Origin: Candidatus Methanoperedens sp.
GTDB taxonomy: Archaea > Halobacteriota > Methanosarcinia > Methanosarcinales > Methanoperedenaceae
Assembly (NCBI GenBank): GCA_027460535.1
Contig: JAPZAR010000007.1
Location: 139,307 to 171,306, forward strand
DNA length: 32,000 nt
Direction of reading: 5' to 3'
The notes beneath the pieces were generated by a model, which was not told the origin of the DNA, did no database searches, and worked only from the letters and a program-made list of their open reading frames with translations. A program made the translations under genes and the position numbers. This document shows positions 16,589-26,124 of this stretch, one piece after another (within the stretch, counting starts at the first letter, position 1; each line of letters opens with the position of its first letter).

Positions 16589-16834
16589 TTATTGAAGACT
16601 AGAGATTGATGATTCAAATAGGTTTGCTTCAACTTCGAAAATGGATTTTATAGATTTCCCGAGCCGCCATGTGAACTGGTAGAAGTATGTTTGCTTATTC
16701 TTCTTGGCCTTCTCAAAATCAGCTGATATTGTTTCATTTCCGGGGCGGCCCTGTTCATAAATATTATATCCAAATTGTGTATTCCCTCTGGATTTCCTAT
16801 GGTCACTCGCTTTTATTAACAAATTCAAGAACAT
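16589..16834 (-). CDS. Hypothetical 81-aa protein
   Basis: ATG-initiated ORF immediately downstream of the binding-protein gene on the same strand. No recognisable motif. Confidence 0.3.
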   Translation of the reverse strand: MFLNLLIKASDHRKSRGNTQFGYNIYEQGRPGNETISADFEKAKKNKQTYFYQFTWRLGKSIKSIFEVEANLFESSISSLQ

Positions 16835-16903
16835 ATATGCTGCTTAACTTAACAGAATCCGGGCCTGCTATTCTCCAACATGTTTGTTCATAATAAAACA
16901 ATC

Positions 16904-18136
16904 TCAATCCTGATTCGTTAATGAATCAAATGGATATTTGGCAGCACGTTCCCATGTGAAGAGTCCATGCTTTTCTTTGATTACCCAGAAGTCGTAACTT
17001 GCAAACTTGCGGTCGCCCGCCTCGTTAAATTCGGTAGAACCTGTGGCTCCACTAAAAGACGCCGCTGTACGGATTAGTGTTTTTTTCAACACATTAATGT
17101 CGGCACTCTTGTTTGAATCAATGTATGTTAAAGTTGCCAACCATAAGGCATCGTAGGCGATAATACCGAATGGATGTGCCGTCCCTTCTCTTTCTTTAAC
17201 CATTTCTTCAATGTCTTTGATCTCTATGGAGCAGAACGGGTTTGAGAAATTTGTTTCCGCTGCAAAACGTGCCGCTTCCGCATTATTGAGCAAATCATCA
17301 TCAAAAGCTGTGCCGTCACTGCCGTACCATTTGACTTCAGATAAGGAACTTGTATTTGAATTCGCGGACTGATTCTGCGCTTTAGTGAAGAGAGTGACAA
17401 CTTCATTAAAGCCGATGAAGTGAACTGCAACCTTATCCTTTCCATATTTATTTACTGCCTGGCTCACCTTTGAACTCATGGTATCCAATTCAGACGAGAA
17501 ATCCGTCCCTTGTTCGTACCGTATTCCATCAGGTACTGTGCCGCCTAAATTCTCAAATCTAGTCTTGGTAGCTTCTGAGAGTCCATCACCCCATACGTCG
17601 CCACGCCAGACTGGTACGACTATTCTTATTCCGTCTTTCCACATCAGGGCAGCCATGGCTTCGGCTTGATGTGTGTCATCAGGCAACAGGCGGAACACAT
17701 TGTCTCCAGCGATAGCAAGTGAATGTGCCGTACTCCCATGACTTATCAATATAATACCTTTTTCATCGGCGTAGGGTTTAACAGCTTCAAGCTCTTTGCT
17801 GGAGTCGGGACCGATTACGAATATTATGCCGGACTTTTTCAGTTTCTGGAGTTTTTCTAAAGCAACCGAAGGATTAGACTCGGTATCCTCGATAACAAGA
17901 CGGACCTTCATTCCATTTGCCTCTATATCTTCGGCCGCCAGCTCCAACGCAGCCTTAGCTGCCCGTCCGCTAAAAGATAATTCTCCGGTGAGAGGCAATA
18001 GGGCGCCTATAACAATCTCATTTGAGGTGTTAGTTGAAGTGGAGATCTTCCTATTATATTGAACACAGCCGCTCAAAGAAATGACAAGTATAAACAAAAC
18101 AAGGTATGATATTATTTTTGTATTATCTTTTCCCAT
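16904..18136 (-). CDS. Type-1 periplasmic-binding-fold substrate-binding lipoprotein (Leu/Ile/Val-binding family), orphan
   Basis: N-terminal hydrophobic segment with the lipobox-like LSGC. IGALLPLTGELSFSGRAAKAALELAAEDI and the later GPDSS / YGSDG segments fit the branched-chain amino-acid-binding family. No permease or ATPase genes are adjacent. Confidence 0.7.
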   Translation of the reverse strand: MGKDNTKIISYLVLFILVISLSGCVQYNRKISTSTNTSNEIVIGALLPLTGELSFSGRAAKAALELAAEDIEANGMKVRLVIEDTESNPSVALEKLQKLKKSGIIFVIGPDSSKELEAVKPYADEKGIILISHGSTAHSLAIAGDNVFRLLPDDTHQAEAMAALMWKDGIRIVVPVWRGDVWGDGLSEATKTRFENLGGTVPDGIRYEQGTDFSSELDTMSSKVSQAVNKYGKDKVAVHFIGFNEVVTLFTKAQNQSANSNTSSLSEVKWYGSDGTAFDDDLLNNAEAARFAAETNFSNPFCSIEIKDIEEMVKEREGTAHPFGIIAYDALWLATLTYIDSNKSADINVLKKTLIRTAASFSGATGSTEFNEAGDRKFASYDFWVIKEKHGLFTWERAAKYPFDSLTNQD

Positions 18137-18315
18137 GACGTTACTCTCCCGCTATGTTAATCCCACATTACTACCCATTCTCATTTACAGAGATCCTCCG
18201 TGATAAACAATCATTGAATATGGTACTCACATAAAGTTGTGATTTGATTGCCATGATGAAAAAATGCAAAATACATATTATTTTATTTTTCATTTTATCA
18301 CCTTTTTATTTATTC

Positions 18316-18609
18316 TTAGGCTTCATTTTTTCCCATGATTGCTATTAAGTCTCTCAATCCTCCGCCAATAATCCATACGATTGCCATTACTGCCCCGAAC
18401 ACTAGAGAGCGCGGCCACTCGCCATAACTTATGCCCGTATAAAGCATTAATATGATGCTTGCAACGAGCCAGCTGGCTGCACCAGAAGGAATTACATTAG
18501 TTTTTAGTCTGCCGGCGACGTAGCCACCCACCTTTGAACAAGGGAATCCTGCCAAGAAGTTCCCAGGTTTTCCAGTTCTATTTTTCAATGAATTTTTTGA
18601 GGTTTTCAA
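18316..18609 (-). CDS. Hypothetical small membrane protein (2 TM); start uncertain
   Basis: Two hydrophobic helices: SWLVASIILMLYTGI and LVFGAVMAIVWIIGGG. The track start at 18609 is TTG and overlaps the upstream gene by 32 nt. An in-frame GTG at 18531 is an alternative. Confidence 0.35.
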   Translation of the reverse strand: MKTSKNSLKNRTGKPGNFLAGFPCSKVGGYVAGRLKTNVIPSGAASWLVASIILMLYTGISYGEWPRSLVFGAVMAIVWIIGGGLRDLIAIMGKNEA

Positions 18610-18838
18610 GATCTTTAGATTGAGCGTCCAGTTTGGATTCTATATGTTGAAGCATTGTTTCGAATTCTTTCTGGGTTTTCCTATTTTCATCCGATCCAGA
18701 TGTTAGATAAACAGTGACTATCAGGGCGACAAAGAACAGGAAAAATACCACTAAAAAATCCATTCTTACAAAACTCAGTATCAATAGCACAATCATGAAT
18801 GCCCAGATGCCAATAATTGCTGTATTTTTAGTTTCCAT
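18578..18838 (-). CDS. Hypothetical small membrane protein (2 TM + C-terminal coiled coil)
   Basis: ATG start with agaggt upstream. TM segments are IIGIWAFMIVLLILSFV and FLVVFFLFFVALIVTVYL. The tail is charged and helical (KEFETMLQHIESKLDAQSKDLENLKKFIEK). Confidence 0.45.
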   Translation of the reverse strand: METKNTAIIGIWAFMIVLLILSFVRMDFLVVFFLFFVALIVTVYLTSGSDENRKTQKEFETMLQHIESKLDAQSKDLENLKKFIEK

Positions 18839-18910
18839 AGTTATTTTACCTCTTTAATTTAATAGATAAGTAATCATCAGTTTCTTCCTGGTAATCATTT
18901 TATTCAGCTT

Positions 18911-19180
18911 CTATTGTTTTTGCATTTCTAGAAATATGATTGAGATTAAGCAACCTAAACCACCAAGAAAAAAGAGAACGGCTCCTATTGTACAGAATGA
19001 ATTTATCGACCCTTGAAGAATAGCCGAAAATTGGACTGTGTCCATGCCACCGCCATGTGCTCTCAGATATGCATTTGCTGCTTCAATTCCCCATCCAGCA
19101 CTATTTATTACTATTACTAATCCTATAATGAACGTTATTAAAGATACTTTAGGTAAATTTTGAAGTTTCAGCTTATTCAT
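18911..19180 (-). CDS. Hypothetical small membrane protein (2 TM)
   Basis: The preferred start is the ATG at 19180 (MNKLKLQNLPK...), preceded by aaggag 8-13 nt upstream. TM segments are VSLITFIIGLVIVI and FCTIGAVLFFLGGLGCLISIIFL. Confidence 0.5.
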   Translation of the reverse strand: MNKLKLQNLPKVSLITFIIGLVIVINSAGWGIEAANAYLRAHGGGMDTVQFSAILQGSINSFCTIGAVLFFLGGLGCLISIIFLEMQKQ

Positions 19181-19422
19181 AATTACATACTCCTTTTCCA
19201 ATATTATTATATATTTATATATATTATGTTCTCTCCATCTCAATCTAGCTCGCCGATCGTAATACGATAATATTCATCGCCCACCCTGATATTTGAAGCA
19301 GGCATACTGACTCCATGTTATCTTTGTTTATCCATCATCTTATTCTCCTCTCCTGAAAAATTTACCCAGCAATAATGTGATTGCCGCAAGTAAAAGATAG
19401 AAGGGATTATAATATCTATCGT

Positions 19423-19802
19423 TCATCCTGCACCTCCTGTGTCGCCCGCAATCCTCCCATCGCGCATGGTTATTATTCTGTCCGACTGCTCTGCAACAGC
19501 CATATCATGGGTCACGACAATAATCGTCTGGCCCCTTTCACTGAGCCCTATCAAGAACCACCAACACCATTGATTCAACATCCGAATCCCATATCAACGA
19601 GGTCTCCTTCTGTCAGAAGTTCGACAGGAGGTTCTCTTATCAGTATGACTCCGCCTCCCATATCCTTCAGTTCAAATTCTGCGCTGTATCTGATTATTTT
19701 TCTTTCAAAATAGATGTCAGCCATCCTATTTCCATTTACCAGACCTTCGAACATGCTTGAAATAAGCATTCGAACCCTGGCATACGCCACTTGTTCACCC
19801 AT
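19423..19802 (-). pseudogene. 3' relic of an ABC-transporter ATP-binding gene (MacB/LolD-like), frameshifted and lacking the Walker A half
   Basis: Frame a (19581-19423) encodes LIGLSERGQTIIVVTHDMAVAEQSDRIITMRDGRIAG, i.e. the H-loop and C-terminus of an ABC ATPase. Frame b (19802-19575) carries a degenerate Walker B region (VILIREPP in place of ILADEPT) with no LSGGQ signature. No N-terminal half lies upstream. Confidence 0.6.
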
Positions 19803-20017
19803 ATTGATCCTCCTATATTGGTTTTAACCGTTTCAAGATCTGTCGATGAGACAAACCTCAATCTTTAGTACAACTTCTTTATACTTAAACTTGTCGATTT
19901 ATAGTCAAGTCTAGTTAATATTTACCATAAGCTATATGATTGTATAGTAAGAGCATTGAGTAAATATAAGCAAAACTATATTAATTAATACACCAATTTT
20001 ACGAAAAAAGGAGCTAG

Positions 20018-20362
20018 TTGCAAACAGGTATAGAAAGGATGAAAAATATGAGTCCACTCGAAAAGTTATTTGGTAAAACGGCGCAGCTAACTGTGCTGGA
20101 ATATCTCATGCAAAATAAAGGAGAAATAAATTATCTTTCTGGAATAGCCCAAGGCACTGGTTTATACCATTCCAGCGTGGCAAGGGTAATTGGGCCTCTT
20201 TTGGAAAATAACATAATTGTCGAGAGGAAGATTGGAAAACAGATTCGATCGTTCACTCTTAATGAAGAGAATAAAGCCACACAGCTTCTAATGACTTTTT
20301 ATGAAGAACTGAAACCCGTGCTGAACGATCAGCAGCCCTCGAAGAAAGCGGGAGAGAAATAA
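20018..20362 (+). CDS. Winged-helix transcriptional regulator (small, archaeal type)
   Basis: TAQLTVLEYLMQNKGEINYLSGIAQGTGLYHSSVARVIGPLLENNIIVERKIGKQIRSFTLN has a wHTH layout (H2-turn-H3 followed by a beta wing). The start is either TTG 20018 (aaggag 4 nt upstream) or ATG 20039. Confidence 0.6.
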   Translation: MQTGIERMKNMSPLEKLFGKTAQLTVLEYLMQNKGEINYLSGIAQGTGLYHSSVARVIGPLLENNIIVERKIGKQIRSFTLNEENKATQLLMTFYEELKPVLNDQQPSKKAGEK

Positions 20363-20513
20363 TGAAGGCGCGTCTTCCAAAGCAAAGAGATTTAAAAAAG
20401 AATTCTAAAAGGTGAAATAAATGTGGAATAGAGAAACTGGTTTGTAGGGTGTATTATAAAGTTTTACAGTCCAATCCCTGCCTATAAAATATGAGTAAAT
20501 GATGTGGTAAACC

Positions 20514-21023
20514 ATGAAGAAAAATATCGATGATAAGATCGTTGAGTTGATAAAAAATAATGATAATATCTCCAATTCAGAGATATCGCGGATATTGGGA
20601 ATCCCGGAAAAAGACGTTGAAAGACGGATCAGAAGTTTTTCTGATGTGAGACAAAAGATATTGATCGTGGATGACGAGATGGCGACACTTCTTCCATTAA
20701 AGAGATCCCTTGAAGCAGAAGGTTACAATGTTATCGAAGCCTATGATGGTTATGAAGCAGTAGAGAAATCAAAGACAGAAATGCCGGAACTGATTATCCT
20801 TGATCTCATGCTGCCGGGAATGAACGGCTTTGAAGCATGCAGTCAGCTAAAAAAAGATGCATATACGGAGAAAATCCCTGTGATCATGTTGACTGCCAAA
20901 GATGAAGTACACGACAAAGTGGAAGGTCTCGAAATAGGTGCGGACGATTATGTTACAAAACCATTTATTCTCAACGAGCTTAAAGCCCGCATAAAAAGTG
21001 TGCTCAGAAGATCAAAAGAATAA
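20514..21023 (+). CDS. Response regulator: short N-terminal HTH + receiver (REC) domain
   Basis: REC motifs are KILIVDDE, IILDLMLPGMNG, VIMLTAK and GADDYVTKPF. The ~45 N-terminal residues (IVELIKNNDNISNSEISRILGIPEKDVERRI) look like an Lrp-type HTH. Confidence 0.85.
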   Translation: MKKNIDDKIVELIKNNDNISNSEISRILGIPEKDVERRIRSFSDVRQKILIVDDEMATLLPLKRSLEAEGYNVIEAYDGYEAVEKSKTEMPELIILDLMLPGMNGFEACSQLKKDAYTEKIPVIMLTAKDEVHDKVEGLEIGADDYVTKPFILNELKARIKSVLRRSKE

Positions 21024-21036
21024 CAGGGGGTAGTAT

Positions 21037-22845
21037 GTGAGAATACGGTCAGAACTAATCCTTTTTTTCCTGATAATATCAGTAACGCCGCTGTCCGCCG
21101 TCGTTTACGTATCCTATGAACACAGCAAAGAAGATATCCGTGATTCTGTTATGGCAAATCTCCTTGTCGCGACCGAAAATACCGGCCGTGCAATAGATAA
21201 CTGGATGTACGCAAGAAAGGTTGACGTAAATCTCATTTCCACGATTGCCGGTACCTCTGAAAAAGAAAAGCTCCAGAAATACCTGGGCGCTTTTGAAAAT
21301 GAACACGAAGGCGTTTATGAAGAATTCTTTATGATCGATCCTGACGGGAATATAATAATCTCCACTCTGAACCGCACTGGGAATGTTGGCAAGGAACTTT
21401 ATTTTACAGAAGCGCGGGATGGAAAACAGTTCATGTCCGATGTATCATTGTCCGGTATCACGGGTTTACCTGAAGTAATAATCACAAACCCGGTCAAGAA
21501 GAACGACACGATTACCGGGGTACTGGGTGCAAGGGTCAGTATGGAGAACCTGAACATGATAATCCAAGGCATTGATATTGGAAAATTAGGGGAGATATTC
21601 ATAGTTAACAATAAAGGCGAGCTGATTTTTCACAAAAACAGATCTAAAATCCTGCATGAAAAAATCAATAATAATCTTGCGGTCAGAGAAGTGACATACG
21701 AAAAGAGAGGAATAGGTGATTATGTCAATTATAAAGGCGAAAATGTACTGGGATCTTACTATTGGCTGCCGCTTTATAGATGGGGACTGATAGTGGAAAA
21801 GAACAAAGACGAGGCATATGCCGGCGTTCTGACCCTGGGAAAAGAGACTACGATCATTTCACTTTTTGCCGTTCTAAGCGTGGTTCTTCTTGCAGTGGTA
21901 ATCTCGAAAAGAATGACAGAACCCATAGAATCCCTGAAAAATGGAGCATACGGTCTTCCAAGCGGTCACTTCAAACCTGTAGCAGTCTCTTCAAAAAATG
22001 AGATAGGGGAACTGACAGAAATATTTAATCAAACCGCCGAAGAATTGTTAGATATAAGGAAAAAGCTTGAAAACAGGATTGAGCTTGCAAATAAAGATCT
22101 GGAGGAAAAGAACAGGGAACTTATTCGTGCCAACGAAGAGTTGAAAAAACTGGACAGCCTGAAATCAGATTTCATCTCTCTGGTCTCGCACGAGCTAAAG
22201 ACACCTCTTTCGGCCATAAAGACATCAGCCGAATTCCTGGAATCCGAAGATATCCTGGATATCGATGTTGAGAAGGAAATGCTTAATAATATCATAATGA
22301 ACATCGACCGGCTGACCCGGTTGATCAATGATATACTGGACCTTTCAAAGATTGAAGCCGGGAAGATGGAATTTCGATTCGAAAAGGTGAATGTTGCAGA
22401 AATAGTGAACGTTGCTCTTGAGAATATCAAATATCTTGCATTGAAGAATAATATAACAATTTCCCTTGACATCCCGGAGAACATTTCATCTGTGCTTGCG
22501 GATAGAGAAAAGCTTATTATAGTGCTCAATAATCTCCTTGGTAACGCATTAAAATTCACACATAATGGTGGTAGAGTCCTTGTGTCAGCAAAGGAAGAGA
22601 AAGATAATGTCGAGATCAGAGTTAAAGATACAGGCATAGGGATAGATACCGATAAATTATCAAAGATATTTGATAAATTTTATCAGGCAGATAGCACCTC
22701 CCGAAGAAAAATAGGCGGCAGCGGGCTTGGGCTTACAATTTCCAGCGGGATCATAAGGGCACATGCCAGTGAAATATATGTGGAAAGCGAGCCAGGGAAA
22801 GGCAGTACTTTTTATTTCAGGCTGAAAAAATTTGGTAAAAAATGA
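21037..22845 (+). CDS. Sensor histidine kinase with extracytoplasmic Cache-like domain, HAMP, HisKA and HATPase_c
   Basis: GTG start. There are two TM segments (aa ~7-27 and ~265-290) flanking a ~240-aa sensor domain. Other motifs are a HAMP-like linker, the H-box SLVSHELKTPLSAI, and the ATPase boxes LLGNALKFT, DTGIGI and GGSGLGLTIS. Confidence 0.88.
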   Translation: MRIRSELILFFLIISVTPLSAVVYVSYEHSKEDIRDSVMANLLVATENTGRAIDNWMYARKVDVNLISTIAGTSEKEKLQKYLGAFENEHEGVYEEFFMIDPDGNIIISTLNRTGNVGKELYFTEARDGKQFMSDVSLSGITGLPEVIITNPVKKNDTITGVLGARVSMENLNMIIQGIDIGKLGEIFIVNNKGELIFHKNRSKILHEKINNNLAVREVTYEKRGIGDYVNYKGENVLGSYYWLPLYRWGLIVEKNKDEAYAGVLTLGKETTIISLFAVLSVVLLAVVISKRMTEPIESLKNGAYGLPSGHFKPVAVSSKNEIGELTEIFNQTAEELLDIRKKLENRIELANKDLEEKNRELIRANEELKKLDSLKSDFISLVSHELKTPLSAIKTSAEFLESEDILDIDVEKEMLNNIIMNIDRLTRLINDILDLSKIEAGKMEFRFEKVNVAEIVNVALENIKYLALKNNITISLDIPENISSVLADREKLIIVLNNLLGNALKFTHNGGRVLVSAKEEKDNVEIRVKDTGIGIDTDKLSKIFDKFYQADSTSRRKIGGSGLGLTISSGIIRAHASEIYVESEPGKGSTFYFRLKKFGKK

Positions 22846-23876
22846 AAAAATATATCTACGTTATAATTATAATAACTGTATTAATATTATCTTATGCAGG
22901 TATCAGTCTCTATGAAAAATCCCATGCCCAGAAGATGATATATGTTGTTTCAATGACTCCGGAAGAGATGAGTGCTTCTCTAAAAGACGGAACAATAGAC
23001 GGTTTCATTTCCTGGGAGCCTTATCCTGCCAAGGCCGCGGCTGATGGTTATGGCAGGTATCTCGTTAATTCAAAAGACGTATGGGCTAATCATCCAGGAT
23101 GCGTCCTGGCAATATCTGAACACTTTACAGATGAAAACATGATAACAGCACTTGTATGGGCACAAATAAAGGGTACAAGGTTCATCAACGACCCAGAAAA
23201 CCGGGAAAAGGTCGCAAGATATGGTTCAGAGTTTGTGGGAGTTGATCTGCAAGTTGCATCGGAAGCGATCAACAATACGATATATATCGAATTCCCTGAT
23301 AAGAACGAGATGAAGATGGGTTTTGATATTTTGGATAAAGCCGGAGGTTTCAAGAACAGTCCGGATGATGTTGATGGCTTTCTGTCGAGAATAACCCTTG
23401 ATAGATATTACAGCGATATCAAAAAACATTTGGATGCTGATCCTGATTGGATCCCACCTGCCGTTAACGGGAACCTCAGATTCGGCTTCATAGATGGAAG
23501 TATCCACTATCTTGCGGTTTATGTAGCGCAAAAAGAGGGCTATTTTGATAAGGTTGGCCTTACTCCTGGCAGAAACCTTCAGTTCATGCGATTCAGGAAC
23601 GGACTGGCAATAACAAATGCTTTCACTCACAGGGAAGTGGATGTGGCCGCCTTTGGCGAGACCCCACTTTTGAGGTACTGGATAAATGATAACGGAAAGC
23701 TCTACATTATCAGTGGAGTTATTTCAGGAGGTACTGCGCTGGTGGTGAGAAAGGATTCAGATAAGCATTCTATAAATGATCTCAGCGGCAGTACAATAGC
23801 CACTCCGGGGTTTGGTTCGATTCAGGATGTCGTAATGAGAAAGATGTTCGAAGGGTTTGAGATAAAGGCGGTGTGA
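22842..23876 (+). CDS. Membrane-anchored SsuA/NMT1-type (NitT/TauT family) binding protein with apparently circularly permuted domain order
   Basis: ATGA overlap with the kinase stop, and an N-terminal TM anchor. Residues ~35-190 (MTPEEMSASLKDGTIDGFISWEPYPAKAA...) match the canonical C-terminal part of SsuA-like proteins. Residues ~212-344 (LRFGFIDGSIHYLAVYVAQKEGYFDKVGL...INDLSGSTIATPGFGSIQDVVMRKMF) match the canonical N-terminal part. Confidence 0.65.
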   Translation: MKKYIYVIIIITVLILSYAGISLYEKSHAQKMIYVVSMTPEEMSASLKDGTIDGFISWEPYPAKAAADGYGRYLVNSKDVWANHPGCVLAISEHFTDENMITALVWAQIKGTRFINDPENREKVARYGSEFVGVDLQVASEAINNTIYIEFPDKNEMKMGFDILDKAGGFKNSPDDVDGFLSRITLDRYYSDIKKHLDADPDWIPPAVNGNLRFGFIDGSIHYLAVYVAQKEGYFDKVGLTPGRNLQFMRFRNGLAITNAFTHREVDVAAFGETPLLRYWINDNGKLYIISGVISGGTALVVRKDSDKHSINDLSGSTIATPGFGSIQDVVMRKMFEGFEIKAV

Positions 23877-24061
23877 GCCACCACTCCATTTGCATGTGAC
23901 CAAGCCAAAGAATCTCACCTGGAAACCATCGATCCTCAAAATGCAATTTTATGAAATCTTTTCTCATTTCCATAATTATTTTCAAATAATGAGCAAATAA
24001 AAATTGTGGAAGCGCCTGATTGCCAAGATTTGTCAACGTTGGAAATAAATATACACTTACG

Positions 24062-24080
24062 AAAGTTTTTATATAAAAAG
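24062..24080 (+). promoter_or_regulatory. Archaeal BRE/TATA promoter of ftsZ (leaderless transcript predicted)
   Basis: cgaaag (BRE-like) is followed by tttttatataaaaa centred at about 24073. That is 26-27 nt upstream of the ATG at 24099. Confidence 0.5.
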
Positions 24081-24098
24081 GATCAATTGAATTCTGGA

Positions 24099-25097
24099 AT
24101 GAAGGAACTGACAGAATTAAGAAAGGAAGCAAGACCATCCGTGGCAGTGATCGGCCTTGGGGGCGCAGGAAGCAATATCATAACCTATCTTTCGGAGAAA
24201 AAGATCGGCGGTGCTAAAATAATAGCTGCCAACACCGATATCAACCACCTTGTCCTGCAGAGGGCAGATAAGTTACTGCTATTGGGAAAAGAGAGATGCA
24301 AGGGAAAAGGATGCGGCGGGTTCCCGGAAGTGGGGGGAGAATGTGCGCGCGAAAGCGAGGTTGACATAAGGAAGGAACTTGAAGGAATTAACATCATATT
24401 CATTGTTGCGGGGCTTGGCGGCGGGACAGGAACGGGTTCGGCTCCCGTCGTAGCGGAAATTTCCCGATCTATTGGCGCACTCACCATCGCTTGCCTGACA
24501 ATGCCTTTTGAGATCGAGTACCTGCGCCGAGAAAATGCAAAGAAAGCAATTCTTTCGCTCTCTAAAACCTGCGATTCCGTGGTGCTCATCGACAACACCA
24601 AACTTCGCAAAGTCGCCGGGAACCTGCCTCTTAAAACGGCTTTTGCCGTGGCAAATACCCTTATCGGCTCCCTTATAAAGAGCATCACAGAAACCATCAC
24701 GGAACCTGCCCTGATGAACCTCGATTTCGCGGACCTGAAAGCCGTGCTTGAAAAAGGAGGCATTTCATCATTCGGGATCGGGGATGGAGATGGTGAGAAC
24801 CGCGTGGTGAAAGCCGTGGAAAGCGCGATAGCTGCGCCGCTCCTTGATATCCCGGATCTTTCCGCATCGCACGGTTTACTTGTAAATATCATAGGCGGGC
24901 AGGACATGACTCTCGATGAAGTGGCGAAAATCGGGGAACTGATGGTGCAGCATGTCTCAAAAACAAAGCGCGTCATCTGGGGGGCGAAAATAGATGAAAC
25001 AATGACTGGGCGCATCCGCGTAATAGCATTGTTCGCAAGTGTTGGAAATCCTTTTGAGACTGGATCAAAGGATCGGCCTGAACCGCAGATTAATTAA
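24099..25097 (+). CDS. ftsZ: Cell-division GTPase FtsZ (archaeal FtsZ paralogue)
   Basis: VAVIGLGGAGSN, NTDINHL, GCGGFPEVG, AGLGGGTGTGSAPVVAEI, NLDFADLK and IWGAKID are tubulin/FtsZ signature segments. The start at 24099 is chosen from the TATA spacing; the track ORF begins at a GTG at 24006. Confidence 0.88.
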   Translation: MKELTELRKEARPSVAVIGLGGAGSNIITYLSEKKIGGAKIIAANTDINHLVLQRADKLLLLGKERCKGKGCGGFPEVGGECARESEVDIRKELEGINIIFIVAGLGGGTGTGSAPVVAEISRSIGALTIACLTMPFEIEYLRRENAKKAILSLSKTCDSVVLIDNTKLRKVAGNLPLKTAFAVANTLIGSLIKSITETITEPALMNLDFADLKAVLEKGGISSFGIGDGDGENRVVKAVESAIAAPLLDIPDLSASHGLLVNIIGGQDMTLDEVAKIGELMVQHVSKTKRVIWGAKIDETMTGRIRVIALFASVGNPFETGSKDRPEPQIN

Positions 25098-25170
25098 TAG
25101 GATATTATACTTTGTTATCCATGTAATATGTTAAGCATATTAAACTATTAGTTTTGTTGCGACCTGATTT

Positions 25171-26085
25171 TTATAACTCAACCCCCGCTTTTGATGCTTT
25201 CACCACAAGATAATTGACAAACGCTGAGCAAGATACCAACATGAACTTCGCATCTTCAAAATCCAGATTAGGCTCATCTGATAATCCATGGCGAATCCCT
25301 TCTGCAGCATTTGTATAAAAATATAATTCTTTAAAAGCTCGTGCCAAAGCGGGATGCATCTTCATCTTTTTTCCTCTTTCTATTGCCTCTATGGCAGTTG
25401 TTAATGTTGCAGTTTTATTATTTGATATTAACTTGCAAATTGCTTCAACTGCACTAATAGATTCTTTAACAGAGTTTCTATAATCAGGAGATTTTCTATC
25501 TGCAAGTAAATCCAGTGATGTCTTTAAATGAATTTTGATAGCTTTTAATGAATCAGGAATCTCTAATGCTTCTTCTATTTCAGCAATTTCTTCTTCTTTT
25601 GTTATTTGTGTAATCTTCCCCCCAACAAATCGACAACCTGATAATTCTTTCTCTAAAACATGATTACAGTAATCGATAAATTTGGGATTTACTAAATTAG
25701 TTTCATCAGGATAATTATTGGCTATAAATTCTGTAAAATCATAAACTTCATACCATTCACATTTAAAGAAGTATTTCCTTAAAATTTTGTAATTTAGTTC
25801 CCACCAATCAGGGTTTATTGTATCAATCGGAGTCTTGAAGTAGTCATGCCATAATCTATTAATTAAGGTCCAGATTTCTTTATGGTAGCTACGCCACTTA
25901 TAATCTGAACTTATTTGATTCCAATAAGAAACAGTTAAAGCATTCCATAGACCATTTCTCAACTCATTATCCATAGAATCAACTTGTATAATATTTTTAA
26001 CTGGCTTAATGCCCTTCCGTTGAGAAAATGATTCCATATAGTCTTCAGCATAGTATCTTTGTTTCTCAAATAACTTCCGATGCAT
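25171..26085 (-). CDS. AbiJ-like abortive-infection protein candidate (AbiJ-NTD4-like N-terminus, helical C-terminal domain with RH motif)
   Basis: FSQRKGIKPVKNIIQVDSMDNELRNGLWNAL matches my recollection of the AbiJ N-terminal domain 4 consensus (FS.R.G..P....IQ...md..LRN.LWN). The C-terminus has NAAEGIRHGLSD in a helical context, which could be a HEPN-type active site. An alternative start is ATG 26037 (MESFSQRKG). The gene is visibly AT-rich. Confidence 0.55.
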   Translation of the reverse strand: MHRKLFEKQRYYAEDYMESFSQRKGIKPVKNIIQVDSMDNELRNGLWNALTVSYWNQISSDYKWRSYHKEIWTLINRLWHDYFKTPIDTINPDWWELNYKILRKYFFKCEWYEVYDFTEFIANNYPDETNLVNPKFIDYCNHVLEKELSGCRFVGGKITQITKEEEIAEIEEALEIPDSLKAIKIHLKTSLDLLADRKSPDYRNSVKESISAVEAICKLISNNKTATLTTAIEAIERGKKMKMHPALARAFKELYFYTNAAEGIRHGLSDEPNLDFEDAKFMLVSCSAFVNYLVVKASKAGVEL

Positions 26086-26124
26086 CTTTATATTATCTCA
26101 TCAATTAATGTGTGGGTCGAAAAT

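Noticed and set aside
22029-22637. 202-aa minus-strand ORF antisense to the histidine kinase
   Set aside because: It is a Ser/Phe-rich shadow ORF opposite the HisKA/HATPase region, whose motifs are unambiguous.
24185-25015. 276-aa minus-strand ORF antisense to ftsZ
   Set aside because: It is a shadow ORF of a Gly/Ala-rich gene. It has no motifs and overlaps a gene with canonical tubulin-family signatures.
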